Below are positions 39,473 to 51,400 of a stretch of 64,000 nucleotides of DNA, piece by piece (positions within the stretch are counted from its first letter, which is position 1; every line of letters starts with the position of its first letter). The stretch is from Patescibacteria group bacterium (lineage in GTDB: Bacteria; Patescibacteriota; Minisyncoccia; Moranbacterales; DUUL01), in NCBI GenBank assembly GCA_034658815.1, contig JAYEFY010000020.1, positions 11,966 through 75,965 of the forward strand, given 5' to 3'. Under the pieces are notes generated by a model. That model had not been told where the DNA came from and did not search any database. It saw nothing but the letters and a program-made list of their open reading frames with translations. Made by a program: the position numbers and the translations under genes.

Positions 39473-40528
39473 TTATAGGCCATTTTCCGCTTTACGTTGC
39501 TGGTGTTCGTCAAATGTTTTTGAATAAATAATTTCTTCGGTTTTGGAATTTGAAAGAAAATAATAAAAGTCAGATTTTTGCGGAAAAATTGACGCACGAA
39601 TAGATGCAAAACCCGGATTGGAAATTGGTCCTGGAGGAAGACCGGGATTAATATATGTATTGTAAAGAGAATCACATTGCGTGTCCTCATAGGAGAATTG
39701 CGGTTTGTCAACATTGAGAAAATACGCCAGTGTCGCACAGCTTTGCAGAGGAAATTTATCATCAAGCCGCTTCCGGAAAATTCCGGAAACCAGTCTTCTG
39801 TCTTTATCTGTTTTTACTTCTCTCTCAATGATCGAAGCCAATGTGACCACATCATGGAGTGATCTCTCTTGAAACGCAATCTCGTCTTTCAGGCCTTGAT
39901 TGATCTTCTTGTTGAAATTATTAAGAAATTTACTTGCCATCGTTGCTCCGGCTTCTTCTCCATCAATAAAGTATGTATCCGGAAATAAGTATCCCTCCAT
40001 ATCTATTCCCTGAGGAATATTTCTTAAAAAGTCATATTTTTTACTAAACACATCACAGGAACAAGCTTTTCTATTTAGACATTTGCAATTGACAATATTT
40101 TCAAATTCATCGGCGATACTCGGTTTCTTGCTTCTTAGCGCATTAACGATCTTTTTATTGGTATATCCTTCCGGAATTGTCAGCTTTAATGTTTCAACAA
40201 TAACATCGCCATTACTAAATTTCTCAACCATTTGACCAATTGTCATATTCGGTGCTAGCTCGTAGGTTCCGGCTTGCAAGAAATTGGCAGCCTTAGTTTT
40301 CCAAACATAGAAATAAAAAAAGTTTTTGTTTTTGATCAACCCCTCTTTCTCAAGATTTTCACCAATTTCAGTTGAACCGTCGCCTTCTTTCATTTCGAAT
40401 TTTTGAATAATATTTGAAGGACTCGCCGTGCCGTCAAATACTTGATCATTAAGCCATGAATAAGCCAAGGTAAATACGGCAACAGAAGCTAAGAGTAAAA
40501 AAATGGAAACAAATAAAAATCTTTTCAT
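39473..40528 (-). CDS. mltG: Endolytic transglycosylase MltG
   Basis: LTIPEG, EGYLFPDTY, ASIIERE, YNTY...GLPPGPISNPG. Confidence 0.93.
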   Translation of the reverse strand: MKRFLFVSIFLLLASVAVFTLAYSWLNDQVFDGTASPSNIIQKFEMKEGDGSTEIGENLEKEGLIKNKNFFYFYVWKTKAANFLQAGTYELAPNMTIGQMVEKFSNGDVIVETLKLTIPEGYTNKKIVNALRSKKPSIADEFENIVNCKCLNRKACSCDVFSKKYDFLRNIPQGIDMEGYLFPDTYFIDGEEAGATMASKFLNNFNKKINQGLKDEIAFQERSLHDVVTLASIIEREVKTDKDRRLVSGIFRKRLDDKFPLQSCATLAYFLNVDKPQFSYEDTQCDSLYNTYINPGLPPGPISNPGFASIRASIFPQKSDFYYFLSNSKTEEIIYSKTFDEHQQRKAENGL

Positions 40529-40585
40529 TTGTAACAAATATAAAATTAATATTCCGTGAGATCGTTTCCAAGCATGCCCTAAGAA

Positions 40586-40861
40586 TTAGTTTGGAAAAAT
40601 ATCAAAAGTTGAATAATTTTGCAAATTATCGTTTTGTTCTTTATGTATCGACTCGATCTTAGAGTTTGGCGGTCCGTTGCGGCACCATGCAGCAAAAGCA
40701 TCAAGGTCTTTTTGCTCTCCCTCGGCTTCAATTGAAACAGTTCCGTCAGAGTTATTTTTGATCCATCCGCATATTCCAAGTTCTTCCGCTTTTTCTTTTG
40801 CACTTAAACGAAAAAAAACTCCTTGGACTTTTCCATAAATTGTTAACGACAAATGCTTCAT
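40586..40861 (-). CDS. acyP: Acylphosphatase
   Basis: GKVQGVFFR, GWIKNNSDGTV, GPP. Confidence 0.93.
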   Translation of the reverse strand: MKHLSLTIYGKVQGVFFRLSAKEKAEELGICGWIKNNSDGTVSIEAEGEQKDLDAFAAWCRNGPPNSKIESIHKEQNDNLQNYSTFDIFPN

Positions 40862-42273
40862 TTCGTATTAGCGCCGCGAATTTTTTCTACGGCATTTATA
40901 AATTTTTCTCCTCTTTCAAATTCATTGGCAAACATTCCAAAACTCGCTAACCCGGGAGACAAAAGAATGGTATCTCCATTTTGGGTTTTTTGAAACGCGT
41001 CAAATACTGCTTGTTCAATATTATCATAGGTATTGAGAACTTTATCAATTCCTCCATGCTCATCAATTTTCTTAAAAAGTTTTGCTGTAGCGGTTCCTTT
41101 CAATAAATATATGCCTTTGATATTTTTTGTTTCGGAAATTTTTTTCGCAAAATTGTCCAACACAAGATTCTTGTCTGATCCCCCGCAAATTAAATGTATT
41201 TGTCCGATGACAGAATTAATTCCGGCTATGGCCGATTCAGGAGTTGTCGCAGTCGCATCATTGATAAATTTTCTTCCATCGATATTATCTATTGTTTCAA
41301 AGCGATGCACCACTCCTGTGAATTTCTTAAGTGTTTTTTTCATAGATTCTAAAGAAACACCGATAGATAATCCGACCGCGCACATCGCGCAAGCATTATA
41401 AAGATTATGGGAGCCTTTTATTACGATTTCTGATGTTGGCATTACAGCTGTAATTTTTTCATCTTTCTTTAAATGTATTTGTCCTTCTCTGATAAAGCTG
41501 CAGATGGCGCTTGGATCCGGCGACAATGAAAAAAAGATCGTTTCGCCTTTCGCATCCTCAAACAACACTTTCGACATTTCATCATCAAAATTAAAAATTG
41601 ATATATCATCTTTTTTTTGAAACAAAAGAACGTTTCTTTTATCGGAGATATAATCATCCAATGAATCATAATAATTCAGATGATCCTGATAAATATTCGT
41701 TACAAGAGAAATATGCGGACTTTTTTCTATTCGCGATAAAGCTGAACAGCGCCATGAGGACATTTCAAACACAACCCAGGTCTTCTTTGTTATCGCTTCG
41801 AGTTTTGTCATAACAGGCTCTTGCCCTATTCCGACATCAACCACGTCCAAACCCTCGTATTTAAACATTTTTGAGATCAGCGCCGATGTCGTTGTTTTAC
41901 CTTTCGTGCCGGTTATTCCGATAATATTATTCGATTCGCATAATTTAAAAAATAAGCTTGAGTCCATTTCAACAGGCACTTGGTGTTCAATCGCCATCTT
42001 AATATACTTATTGCTCCATGGAATAGCGGGATTTTTGACTACCATATCAACGTTGGTAAAATCTTCCATTCTGTGTTGTTCCGTGACTACTGTAACGTTT
42101 TTTAATTTTTTGATCTCCTTTATCGAAGCCTTAAGATCATCCTCTGATCTTTTGTCTGTCGCAATCACTTTCGCGCCTTGCTTAACGAGCCACTTGATCA
42201 TCGAAACACCTCCTCCGTGCAGTCCAATGCCCATCACTGTTACTTTTTTGTTTTTGAAGCTTATATCAGTCAT
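40858..42273 (-). CDS. murD: UDP-MurNAc-L-Ala:D-Glu ligase
   Basis: ITGTKGKTTT, DHLNYY, NDATAT, LICGGSDK, LLSPGLASF..F.NEFERG. Confidence 0.93.
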   Translation of the reverse strand: MTDISFKNKKVTVMGIGLHGGGVSMIKWLVKQGAKVIATDKRSEDDLKASIKEIKKLKNVTVVTEQHRMEDFTNVDMVVKNPAIPWSNKYIKMAIEHQVPVEMDSSLFFKLCESNNIIGITGTKGKTTTSALISKMFKYEGLDVVDVGIGQEPVMTKLEAITKKTWVVFEMSSWRCSALSRIEKSPHISLVTNIYQDHLNYYDSLDDYISDKRNVLLFQKKDDISIFNFDDEMSKVLFEDAKGETIFFSLSPDPSAICSFIREGQIHLKKDEKITAVMPTSEIVIKGSHNLYNACAMCAVGLSIGVSLESMKKTLKKFTGVVHRFETIDNIDGRKFINDATATTPESAIAGINSVIGQIHLICGGSDKNLVLDNFAKKISETKNIKGIYLLKGTATAKLFKKIDEHGGIDKVLNTYDNIEQAVFDAFQKTQNGDTILLSPGLASFGMFANEFERGEKFINAVEKIRGANTK

Positions 42274-42341
42274 TGAGATTATGCTATATTGGCAAAAATT
42301 AGGAAATTTTGGCGGGAGTTAATTTAAAAACAGTTCTCTGA

Positions 42342-43109
42342 TCAATCAAATCGATGGATCTGAATATTCGGCCTGCCTCCCATTATGTTTTTTACGAAAC
42401 TTTCATTATGTCCACTCCAATCAGAAAAATAAAAGATATCATCGTCATCCGAATGCTTTTCATGACAGTCATCTTTTACTTGTAGCGCTATCTCATATGC
42501 GGCATTTATTATTTTTACTTTCCCTTTAAAGACCTCTTTGATGATGTTTTTCATGAGAGGATAATGCGTACATCCCAAAATAATACATTCTACGTTTTTT
42601 TTTACGAACCTTGAAAGATATTTTTTTGTGATCTCACGCAACAATTCGTCTTCTTGCAACCCTTCTTCGATAAATGGAACAAATAACGGACACGCCTGCG
42701 AATATATTTTTACCCCAGGCAAAAATTCTCGAAGCGGATATTCATAGGCCTTGCTCTTAATTGTCGCTTTCGTGCCAATAATCAACACTTTGCCGATCTT
42801 TTCAGCACGTATCCTTTTGACGCATGGATCGATTACGTCATAAAAGATCGTCAACGGATAGCGTTCTTGAAGATATTCCCTCGTGAGCGCCGATGCAGTG
42901 TTGCAGGCGATAACTATCCTCTTCGATCCCTTTGAAACCAGGAAACGTACGATATCTTCTGAATATTTCCGGATCGTTTCCTTGCTTTTATTGCCCCATG
43001 GAACACGCGCGGTATCACCAAAGTATATTATTCGCTGATGCGGAGCTAATTTCTTTATTTCTTTTGCTACCGTAAGACCTCCTACTCCGCTGTCAAAAAT
43101 ACCTAACAT
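42342..43109 (-). CDS. murI: Glutamate racemase
   Basis: GIFDSGVGGL, IACNTAS, LGCTHYP. Confidence 0.96.
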   Translation of the reverse strand: MLGIFDSGVGGLTVAKEIKKLAPHQRIIYFGDTARVPWGNKSKETIRKYSEDIVRFLVSKGSKRIVIACNTASALTREYLQERYPLTIFYDVIDPCVKRIRAEKIGKVLIIGTKATIKSKAYEYPLREFLPGVKIYSQACPLFVPFIEEGLQEDELLREITKKYLSRFVKKNVECIILGCTHYPLMKNIIKEVFKGKVKIINAAYEIALQVKDDCHEKHSDDDDIFYFSDWSGHNESFVKNIMGGRPNIQIHRFD

Positions 43110-43125
43110 CTTTTTATTGGGATTG

Positions 43126-44124
43126 TTATATTCTTGATATTATTACGGCAAGATCAACTAACCGATTTGAATATCCCCATTCATTGTCATACCATCCAAC
43201 AACTTTCACTAAATTACCCGCCGTTACTTTCGTAAGAGCGGCATCGACAATACAGGAATATGTACTTCCGACTATATCATGTGAAACAAGCGGTTCTGTC
43301 GTAACCTTCATTATTCCTTTTAATTGTCCAGCGGCAGCTTTTTTAAAAGCGTCATTTATTTCTTTTTCATTTGTTTTTTGTTTTAAGACCGCAACCAAAT
43401 CTATGATCGAGCCAACTAGCGTAGGAACACGAAATGCCATCCCGTCAAAAATATCTTCGAGTTGAGGGAGTGTTTTTGTCGCGGCAATAGCGGCACCAGT
43501 CGTCGACGGAACAATATTTTGAGCGGCAGCTCGTCCCCTGCGAACATCTTTTTCCACGGGACCGTCGACAAGAGCTTGCGTTGAAGTGTAGCTGTGGATC
43601 GTTGACATTAATGCTTTTTCAATTCCGAAAGTTTCATCCAGAACCTTAGCTATTGGAGCAATACAATTTGTCGTGCATGATGCCATGGATAAAATATCAT
43701 CATCTGAAACGATTTCATTCTCGTTGCATCCGATCACAACAGTTTTGATCGTGTCGTCTTTCGTTGGAGCCGATATTATGACTTTTTTTGCCCCGGCGCC
43801 AATATGTCCTTTTGTTCTTTCGCGATCCTTAAAAACGCCGGTACATTCTAAGACTACATCAATGCCAAGCTCATTCCATGGGAGATCTAACGGATCTTTT
43901 TCACACAGTATTTTTATCTCTTTATCATCAACTTTGAGAATATTGCCATTAACGGCTACTTCTTTTTGGTATACACCATACGCTGTATCATATTTCAAAA
44001 GATACGCAAGATTATCAATATCGCCAAGATCGTTTATGGCCGAAATCTCAACGTCCGGATGCTCAAGAGCGATTTTAAGCGCCGGTCTCCCAATACGGCC
44101 GAAACCGTTTATTGCTATTTTCAT
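43126..44124 (-). CDS. gap: Glyceraldehyde-3-phosphate dehydrogenase
   Basis: AINGFGRIGR, ASCTTNC, WYDNEWGY. Confidence 0.97.
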   Translation of the reverse strand: MKIAINGFGRIGRPALKIALEHPDVEISAINDLGDIDNLAYLLKYDTAYGVYQKEVAVNGNILKVDDKEIKILCEKDPLDLPWNELGIDVVLECTGVFKDRERTKGHIGAGAKKVIISAPTKDDTIKTVVIGCNENEIVSDDDILSMASCTTNCIAPIAKVLDETFGIEKALMSTIHSYTSTQALVDGPVEKDVRRGRAAAQNIVPSTTGAAIAATKTLPQLEDIFDGMAFRVPTLVGSIIDLVAVLKQKTNEKEINDAFKKAAAGQLKGIMKVTTEPLVSHDIVGSTYSCIVDAALTKVTAGNLVKVVGWYDNEWGYSNRLVDLAVIISRI

Positions 44125-44133
44125 ATTGATTTT

Positions 44134-44631
44134 TTACAATTTATGATTGTTTAAAGCTTTGCCAATTATTTTAACAGAGTCGACTGAATTATAGAATTTT
44201 ATGTTCTCTATTTCACTTAATTCAATCACACTCTGCTTTTTGTGCATACTTCCTTTCATGCTTATCAAAATTCCTTGTTGAGATCCTGCCACTGTTCTTG
44301 TCACACAAAAAATATACTATGATCGAATTAACAGCTTTCTCTTCAAAAGGAGTAATAAAAAATGATGTTTTGCATCCGACTAATTCCTTCGGTTTAATTT
44401 TAATTCCTGTTTCTTCGAAAAATTCTCTCTTTAGCGCCTTTCTGATCGTTTCATTGATTCTTATTCCACCGCCTGGAAAATCATACCCGTCCCACTGTTT
44501 TGAAAGAAGTATTTTGTTTTTTTAATTAAAACTCCATACACAGAAAGGCGAAACACCATTTTTTTGGAGTCTACAAGATATTCTTTTCCCTTAATATCCC
44601 TACACCTTATTTTAATTTCTTTGTCCGCCAT
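44134..44631 (-). pseudogene. Nudix hydrolase broken by two opposite 1-nt indels
   Basis: ATG 44631 frame reads ...FRLSVYGVLIK; after an A7 tract (44517-44523) the Nudix box FPGGGIRINETIRKALKREFFEETG is in a shifted frame; an extra base near 44229 returns to the first frame. Confidence 0.75.
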
Positions 44632-44637
44632 TTTTGT

Positions 44638-46644
<2,007 letters not shown>

Positions 46645-46663
46645 TTACATCTTGCTATTGATA

Positions 46664-46782
46664 GAGCTGTTTCCCAACTAACTCCTTGCCTACCCTGCCT
46701 GCCGGCAGGCAGGCGGCAGGCAGGGGCAGGCAGGCGGCAGGCAGGGCAGGCAGGCGTTCACGAGCAACGGGGCAAGCAATCT
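46664..46782. mobile_element. Family-A MITE with an expanded GGCAGGCAG array
   Basis: GAGCTGTTTCCCAACTAACTCC, CCTGCCTGCCGGCAGGCAGG, several GGCAGGCAGG copies, end GGGGCAAGCAATCTC. Confidence 0.75.
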
Positions 46783-46790
46783 CTTGATAA

Positions 46791-47180
46791 TTAACGCGCT
46801 AGAAAATACAGTTCTATCATCATCATCGCGCCAATCGCCAATAATCCATCCCACCAAATAAGTATTCTGAAACTTTGCAGTATGATTATAAAAATGAGCG
46901 CGCCTGAAAGCAAAAAACCTTGCCGAAAAGAAACTCCTATGTTTACATGTTGAACGTTCTCATCAGCTATCGCTTTTCGCCGTATCCAATACAAAACCAA
47001 TGAAAAAAAACCCGTAAAAAATAAACTTAAACTGACATAGAAAGCTCCTATGTTAACAATATTCTCTTGAAACGAATCAGTATTTTCGTAAGGGTTTAAA
47101 AATAATACCATTGAAGCGGCCGCCCCAAAACCCAAAACAACAAGAAACCACATTCCTAATCGAAATGTCTTCCCTTTCAT
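46791..47180 (-). CDS. Hypothetical 4-TM membrane protein
   Basis: Hydrophobic ORF containing SFRQGFLL...LQSFRILIWW. Confidence 0.75.
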   Translation of the reverse strand: MKGKTFRLGMWFLVVLGFGAAASMVLFLNPYENTDSFQENIVNIGAFYVSLSLFFTGFFSLVLYWIRRKAIADENVQHVNIGVSFRQGFLLSGALIFIIILQSFRILIWWDGLLAIGAMMMIELYFLAR

Positions 47181-47440
47181 TTTTTATTTTTGATATTTTT
47201 ATACCCGGCGCACTGAATGATCATACTCAGTACTCCTTTATTGTAGCTTATTTTTGAAATAAATTCAATATCTCGATATTATGTGTCAATTACATTTTAA
47301 AATGAACAAATGATCCGAAAACTGCTTACCTGTCCGTCCGTTTATTTGTCTCATCGACAAACGAACCGGTAAGATCAAAAGCAAGCTTTAATACAATAGA
47401 CTTTATTAACAATTCCTAATCGTATAATTTAAGGACTCCT

Positions 47441-48385
47441 TTAATCATTCTTGATAATTTCCTTAATCGAATATGGAGTCTCTTTCTTCGTCTGATAGTA
47501 TGTTTTGACCGATATGTCAACAAGCAGTCCTGAAATAAAAAACTGAATTCCAAGAATTATCAAAAAGATGCCCATAAGAGGCCAAACGCGATTGCCAATC
47601 GGCAAATTATAGATAACTTTATCAATAAACATCCAAACAAGAAGGCCAAATCCGATAAAATTCAAAATTATTCCAATTCCTCCAAACAGATGAAGGGGCC
47701 GATTGGCATACTTCTTCCAAAACCACACCGAAAGCAGATCAAGAAGCCCTTTAAGAAGCCGCCTGTAATTATATTTGGTGACTCCTGAAACACGAGGCCG
47801 ATGATTAACTGCGATTTCGGTAATTTCAAAGCCTTGAATTTTAAGCAAGGCCGGAATAAATCTGTGTATTTCTCCGTACAAATCAACTCCCTTAAAACAT
47901 TCCGCCCGATACGCTTTCAGAGTACATCCGCTATCATTGATCGTGTCATTAATAAGCAGCTTTCTCAATTGATCCGCCCCGCGAGATAAGATCATTTTAC
48001 TTAATGAGTCTTTCCTGTTCTTTCTCCATCCTGAAACAACATCATAGCCATCGTCCAGCTTTTGCAATAGTCTGGGTATGTCAGCCGGATCATTCTGTAA
48101 GTCGCCGTCCATCGTTATGATAACTTTCCCCCTCGCCACCTTGATCCCGGCATCCATTGCCGCCGTCTGCTTGAAATTCTTCCTAAGCACAATTACTTTC
48201 ACCGGAGATAATAACCGGAGCTTTTCAAGCGTTTTATCGGTACTGCCGTCATCAACAAAAATAATCTCTGCTTCAAGATCGTGCGTGCTTATAACATCTA
48301 TTATTTCTTTGTGCAGCTTTTCAACATTTCCTTCCTCATTGAACACCGGAATGACAATCGAAATAAATTGTTTAGACGCCTCCAT
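47441..48385 (-). CDS. GT2 polyprenol-phosphate glycosyltransferase (ArnC/GtrB-like)
   Basis: SIVIPVFNE, VDDGSTD, MDGDLQNDP, YGEIHRFIP, two C-terminal TM. Confidence 0.9.
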   Translation of the reverse strand: MEASKQFISIVIPVFNEEGNVEKLHKEIIDVISTHDLEAEIIFVDDGSTDKTLEKLRLLSPVKVIVLRKNFKQTAAMDAGIKVARGKVIITMDGDLQNDPADIPRLLQKLDDGYDVVSGWRKNRKDSLSKMILSRGADQLRKLLINDTINDSGCTLKAYRAECFKGVDLYGEIHRFIPALLKIQGFEITEIAVNHRPRVSGVTKYNYRRLLKGLLDLLSVWFWKKYANRPLHLFGGIGIILNFIGFGLLVWMFIDKVIYNLPIGNRVWPLMGIFLIILGIQFFISGLLVDISVKTYYQTKKETPYSIKEIIKND

Positions 48386-48406
48386 AGCATTAAATTAATC
48401 TTTTAT

Positions 48407-48575
48407 GGGATTGTTTTCAAGCTAGCTGCCTGCCTACCCTGCCCAGGCGAGGATAAAATTTTTGGTTATGCACCCCAGGGCACTCTCTCTGTCTTCGACA
48501 CTCACCTTGCCTTAGCATAGGCAATCCCGCTAAGCGGGAACAATTTTTGGTAGGAGTTAGTTTGGCAACAGTTCC
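48407..48575. mobile_element. Family-A MITE abutting the mraY stop codon
   Basis: GGGATTGTTTTCAAGCTAGCT...GGAGTTAGTTTGGCAACAGTTCC with CCTGCCTACCCTGCC and ATCCCGCTAAGCGGGA modules. Confidence 0.78.
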
Positions 48576-49673
48576 TTAACCTCCTCCGATTATTCCGGCT
48601 AAAAGACCGCCTAATCCAATGGCAAGGTTTATTATCCAAAATCGAACTGTTACTTTTGTTTCCGGCCAACCCTTAGCTTCGAAATGATGGTGTATTGGAG
48701 CCGCTAAAAATACTTTTTTCCCAAAAAACTTTTTAGAAGGAATTTGGATGATCACTGAAAGCGATTCCAATACATATATGCTTACCAAAAAAGGCAAAAC
48801 AATAACAGAATTCGTCAGTAAAGCGACAACTCCAAGCGTTGCTCCCAGTGATATCGCTCCCGTATCGCCCATAAAAAACCGAGCCGGATAGAAATTGAAC
48901 CAAAGAAAAGCCAGAAGCGCTCCGGCAACTACTCCGCAAAAGGCGGCGAGATCCATGCGCTCTTGAAAATATGAAATAACTGCGAAAGAAACAAATGCTT
49001 GTATTAATATTCCAGTATTCAGCCCGTCCAATCCATCTGTTTCATTGGATGAAATTGCCGTCGCAACAACAACAAAAATAGCTAGCGGGATATACCAAAA
49101 ACCTATCTCAAAATTTCCGACTGCCGGAATATGTATTGTCTCCCATCCTAATTTTGAAAAAAACCACCAAGCTATGATTGATGCTATTAAAAACAGCCAT
49201 ATGAGCCGCCACGCAAAGCGCATGCCTCCTCCCTTGTTTTTTCCAATGCTTCTGACACTCATTATGTCATCGAAAAGACCCAGCACGGCAGTGGCCGCAA
49301 GAGCAAAAAGAGGGAGCCATGTCTGGCTCCTACTTACAAAGTCAAGCCGCCCGATCCATACGCACTCAAGTTTTTGAGAAAAATAAGGAGCAATAACACT
49401 CATGATACCGGCAAGAATCAGCACTGAACCCCAGATAAGAATGCCACCCATTGTTGGCGTTCCGTTTTTGTGCGCGTGAAGCTTGCTTACAAAAGATAAT
49501 TTTTCACCGGAAACCGATGTCTTTTTTATTTTTATGCCAATTCTGTACTTATAAAGATAATGAGCGAGCAAAGGAGTCAATACCATTGCCAAACCAAAAG
49601 AAGACATGGTCAACAGCACCACTTTCGCAATTGCTAAAACTTCGGGAATTGTTTGTATTTGAGCAATATACAT
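48576..49673 (-). CDS. mraY: Phospho-MurNAc-pentapeptide transferase
   Basis: GTPTMGG, DGLDGL, FMGDTG, APIHHHFE.KGW.E. Confidence 0.95.
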   Translation of the reverse strand: MYIAQIQTIPEVLAIAKVVLLTMSSFGLAMVLTPLLAHYLYKYRIGIKIKKTSVSGEKLSFVSKLHAHKNGTPTMGGILIWGSVLILAGIMSVIAPYFSQKLECVWIGRLDFVSRSQTWLPLFALAATAVLGLFDDIMSVRSIGKNKGGGMRFAWRLIWLFLIASIIAWWFFSKLGWETIHIPAVGNFEIGFWYIPLAIFVVVATAISSNETDGLDGLNTGILIQAFVSFAVISYFQERMDLAAFCGVVAGALLAFLWFNFYPARFFMGDTGAISLGATLGVVALLTNSVIVLPFLVSIYVLESLSVIIQIPSKKFFGKKVFLAAPIHHHFEAKGWPETKVTVRFWIINLAIGLGGLLAGIIGGG

Positions 49674-49684
49674 AAAAATTTGGT

Positions 49685-49733
49685 GGGACTGTTCCCGAAC
49701 ACGCTTTTAAAGAGCTTGTTTGGGAATAATCCC
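49685..49733. repeat. Short family-A element
   Basis: GGGACTGTTCCCGAACA...TGTTTGGGAATAATCCC. Confidence 0.75.
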
Positions 49734-49737
49734 TATG

Positions 49738-50838
49738 TTACCGCGGCCATGTATACACTGAAAAAACCCAGCCAAACAAATTCTTCATGTCATCCCAACG
49801 ATAGTTATCGTCAAGTAAAACAGCGATAACCTTACGATTTTTATCATTAGGATGATGAGCAACTGACATAAGAGATTTTCCGGCCTCATAAGTAAATCCT
49901 GTTTTCCCTCCTAAACAATTCGGGAGCTGCTCAAGAAGAACGTCGGTATTGAATACATGATGGGTATAAAGTCCGTCTTGAGAACAAAAATCTTTTTCTT
50001 TCATCTTCATCGCGTTCCAAATCTTATCATATCGCAGTGAATACGCCGCTACACGAGCAATATCATATGCCGTTGAATAACAAGTACCCGGATTGTCTTC
50101 ATCATCCAGTCCTGAAGGATTACAAAAATGAGTATCCTTTAATCCAAGTTCATTGGCCTTGTCATTCATCATGTCCGCAAATTTCTCCTGGCTTCCGGCA
50201 ATATGCCTGCCAAGCATAACTGCCGCGTCATTCGCACTATTCATAAGCATTGCCTCAAAAAGATGCTTCGCCAGCACTTTTTCTCCAACTTGTAATCGCG
50301 TTGATACGCAATAACCGCTTCTCGGACATCCCACTTTTGTTCCATCCACCAAAATACTCTCCTGATCCATTGTAACGACCTCGCTTTCAAGATCATCGAT
50401 CTTTTCAACAACCAGAATTGCAGTCATGATCTTCGTCAAAGAAGCAATCGCCGCCTTGCGCTTACCGTCCTGGTAATGAAGAATTGTTCCAGAGTTCGCG
50501 TCAATCGCAATAGCGCTTCTGGCGCGTACATACATGTCTCCAGGCGAGCTTTCCTTCTTTATCGGCGCATCGGGTTTGACTTTGTAGAGTTCTCCCGATA
50601 TTGAATTCTTTGCAGCTGTCATTTGTTTTATATCTTCCTTTGTTTGTGTCTTTGTATTGGCCGCTGCTTTTTTTCCTTCAAACGCGCCTTCAACATGAAT
50701 GCTATCTTCATTTTTCGTGAAATCTTTAGCACTGATAAAATTCGGCAACAGATAATACCATACGGTGATCGAACAGATAATGGAAAGAATACTTAGATAA
50801 TTTATCCAATTATAGTTTTTTATCTTCCGTGTTTTCAT
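49738..50838 (-). CDS. D-alanyl-D-alanine carboxypeptidase (peptidase S11)
   Basis: ASLTK (SxxK), SAN (SxN), KTG. Confidence 0.92.
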   Translation of the reverse strand: MKTRKIKNYNWINYLSILSIICSITVWYYLLPNFISAKDFTKNEDSIHVEGAFEGKKAAANTKTQTKEDIKQMTAAKNSISGELYKVKPDAPIKKESSPGDMYVRARSAIAIDANSGTILHYQDGKRKAAIASLTKIMTAILVVEKIDDLESEVVTMDQESILVDGTKVGCPRSGYCVSTRLQVGEKVLAKHLFEAMLMNSANDAAVMLGRHIAGSQEKFADMMNDKANELGLKDTHFCNPSGLDDEDNPGTCYSTAYDIARVAAYSLRYDKIWNAMKMKEKDFCSQDGLYTHHVFNTDVLLEQLPNCLGGKTGFTYEAGKSLMSVAHHPNDKNRKVIAVLLDDNYRWDDMKNLFGWVFSVYTWPR

Positions 50839-51400
50839 GATTTTTTAGTATTTGGTTTGTTTCAGATCGAGGAACTTGCGGAATGGTATGCGAGTGAAGA
50901 ATATTATAGTCCGGCAGTTCCCGTACAGACTTAAGCCCTGAATTTTTTAAAAAGTCATAGCTCACTTCATACAGATATGCTCTGCTATCCGTGGGGCTCT
51001 CCCCACGATCAATTACTCCGCGAATAGCCAAATTTCTTAATGTAAAACTGCAATTCACTCCTCTGATATGTTCTATCTGCATTCTGGTTACCGGACCTCT
51101 GTACGCGATAACCGACAACACTTCCAGCGCCGCTTGTGACAATGGCTCATGAAGCTTTTTGTTTAGAAACTTGGCAACAGTTTCTCCGTATTGGGGCGCT
51201 GACACTAGCTGAATTGTATTGCCTTTTCTAAAAATTTGCAACCCCCTCTTTTGGCTTTGAAAATTGGCTTCCAGTCCTAAAATTTCTTTTTCGATGTCTT
51301 TATTTGAAACCTTTAAAAAAGATGCCAATTTGCGGATCTCTATCGGTTCTCCGGCTGCAAATAAGATCGCTTCTATTTGTGATTGGATATTATTTTTCAT
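50810..51400 (-). CDS. scpB: SMC-Scp complex subunit ScpB
   Basis: IEAILFAAGEP, LSQAALEVLSVIAYRGPVTR..IEHIRGVN. Confidence 0.93.
   Translation of the reverse strand: MKNNIQSQIEAILFAAGEPIEIRKLASFLKVSNKDIEKEILGLEANFQSQKRGLQIFRKGNTIQLVSAPQYGETVAKFLNKKLHEPLSQAALEVLSVIAYRGPVTRMQIEHIRGVNCSFTLRNLAIRGVIDRGESPTDSRAYLYEVSYDFLKNSGLKSVRELPDYNILHSHTIPQVPRSETNQILKNHENTEDKKL

Noticed and set aside
46686-46755. GGCAGGCAG runs (also 31252-31291) as a CRISPR array
   Set aside because: Units are 9-10 nt with no unique spacers, and there are no cas genes
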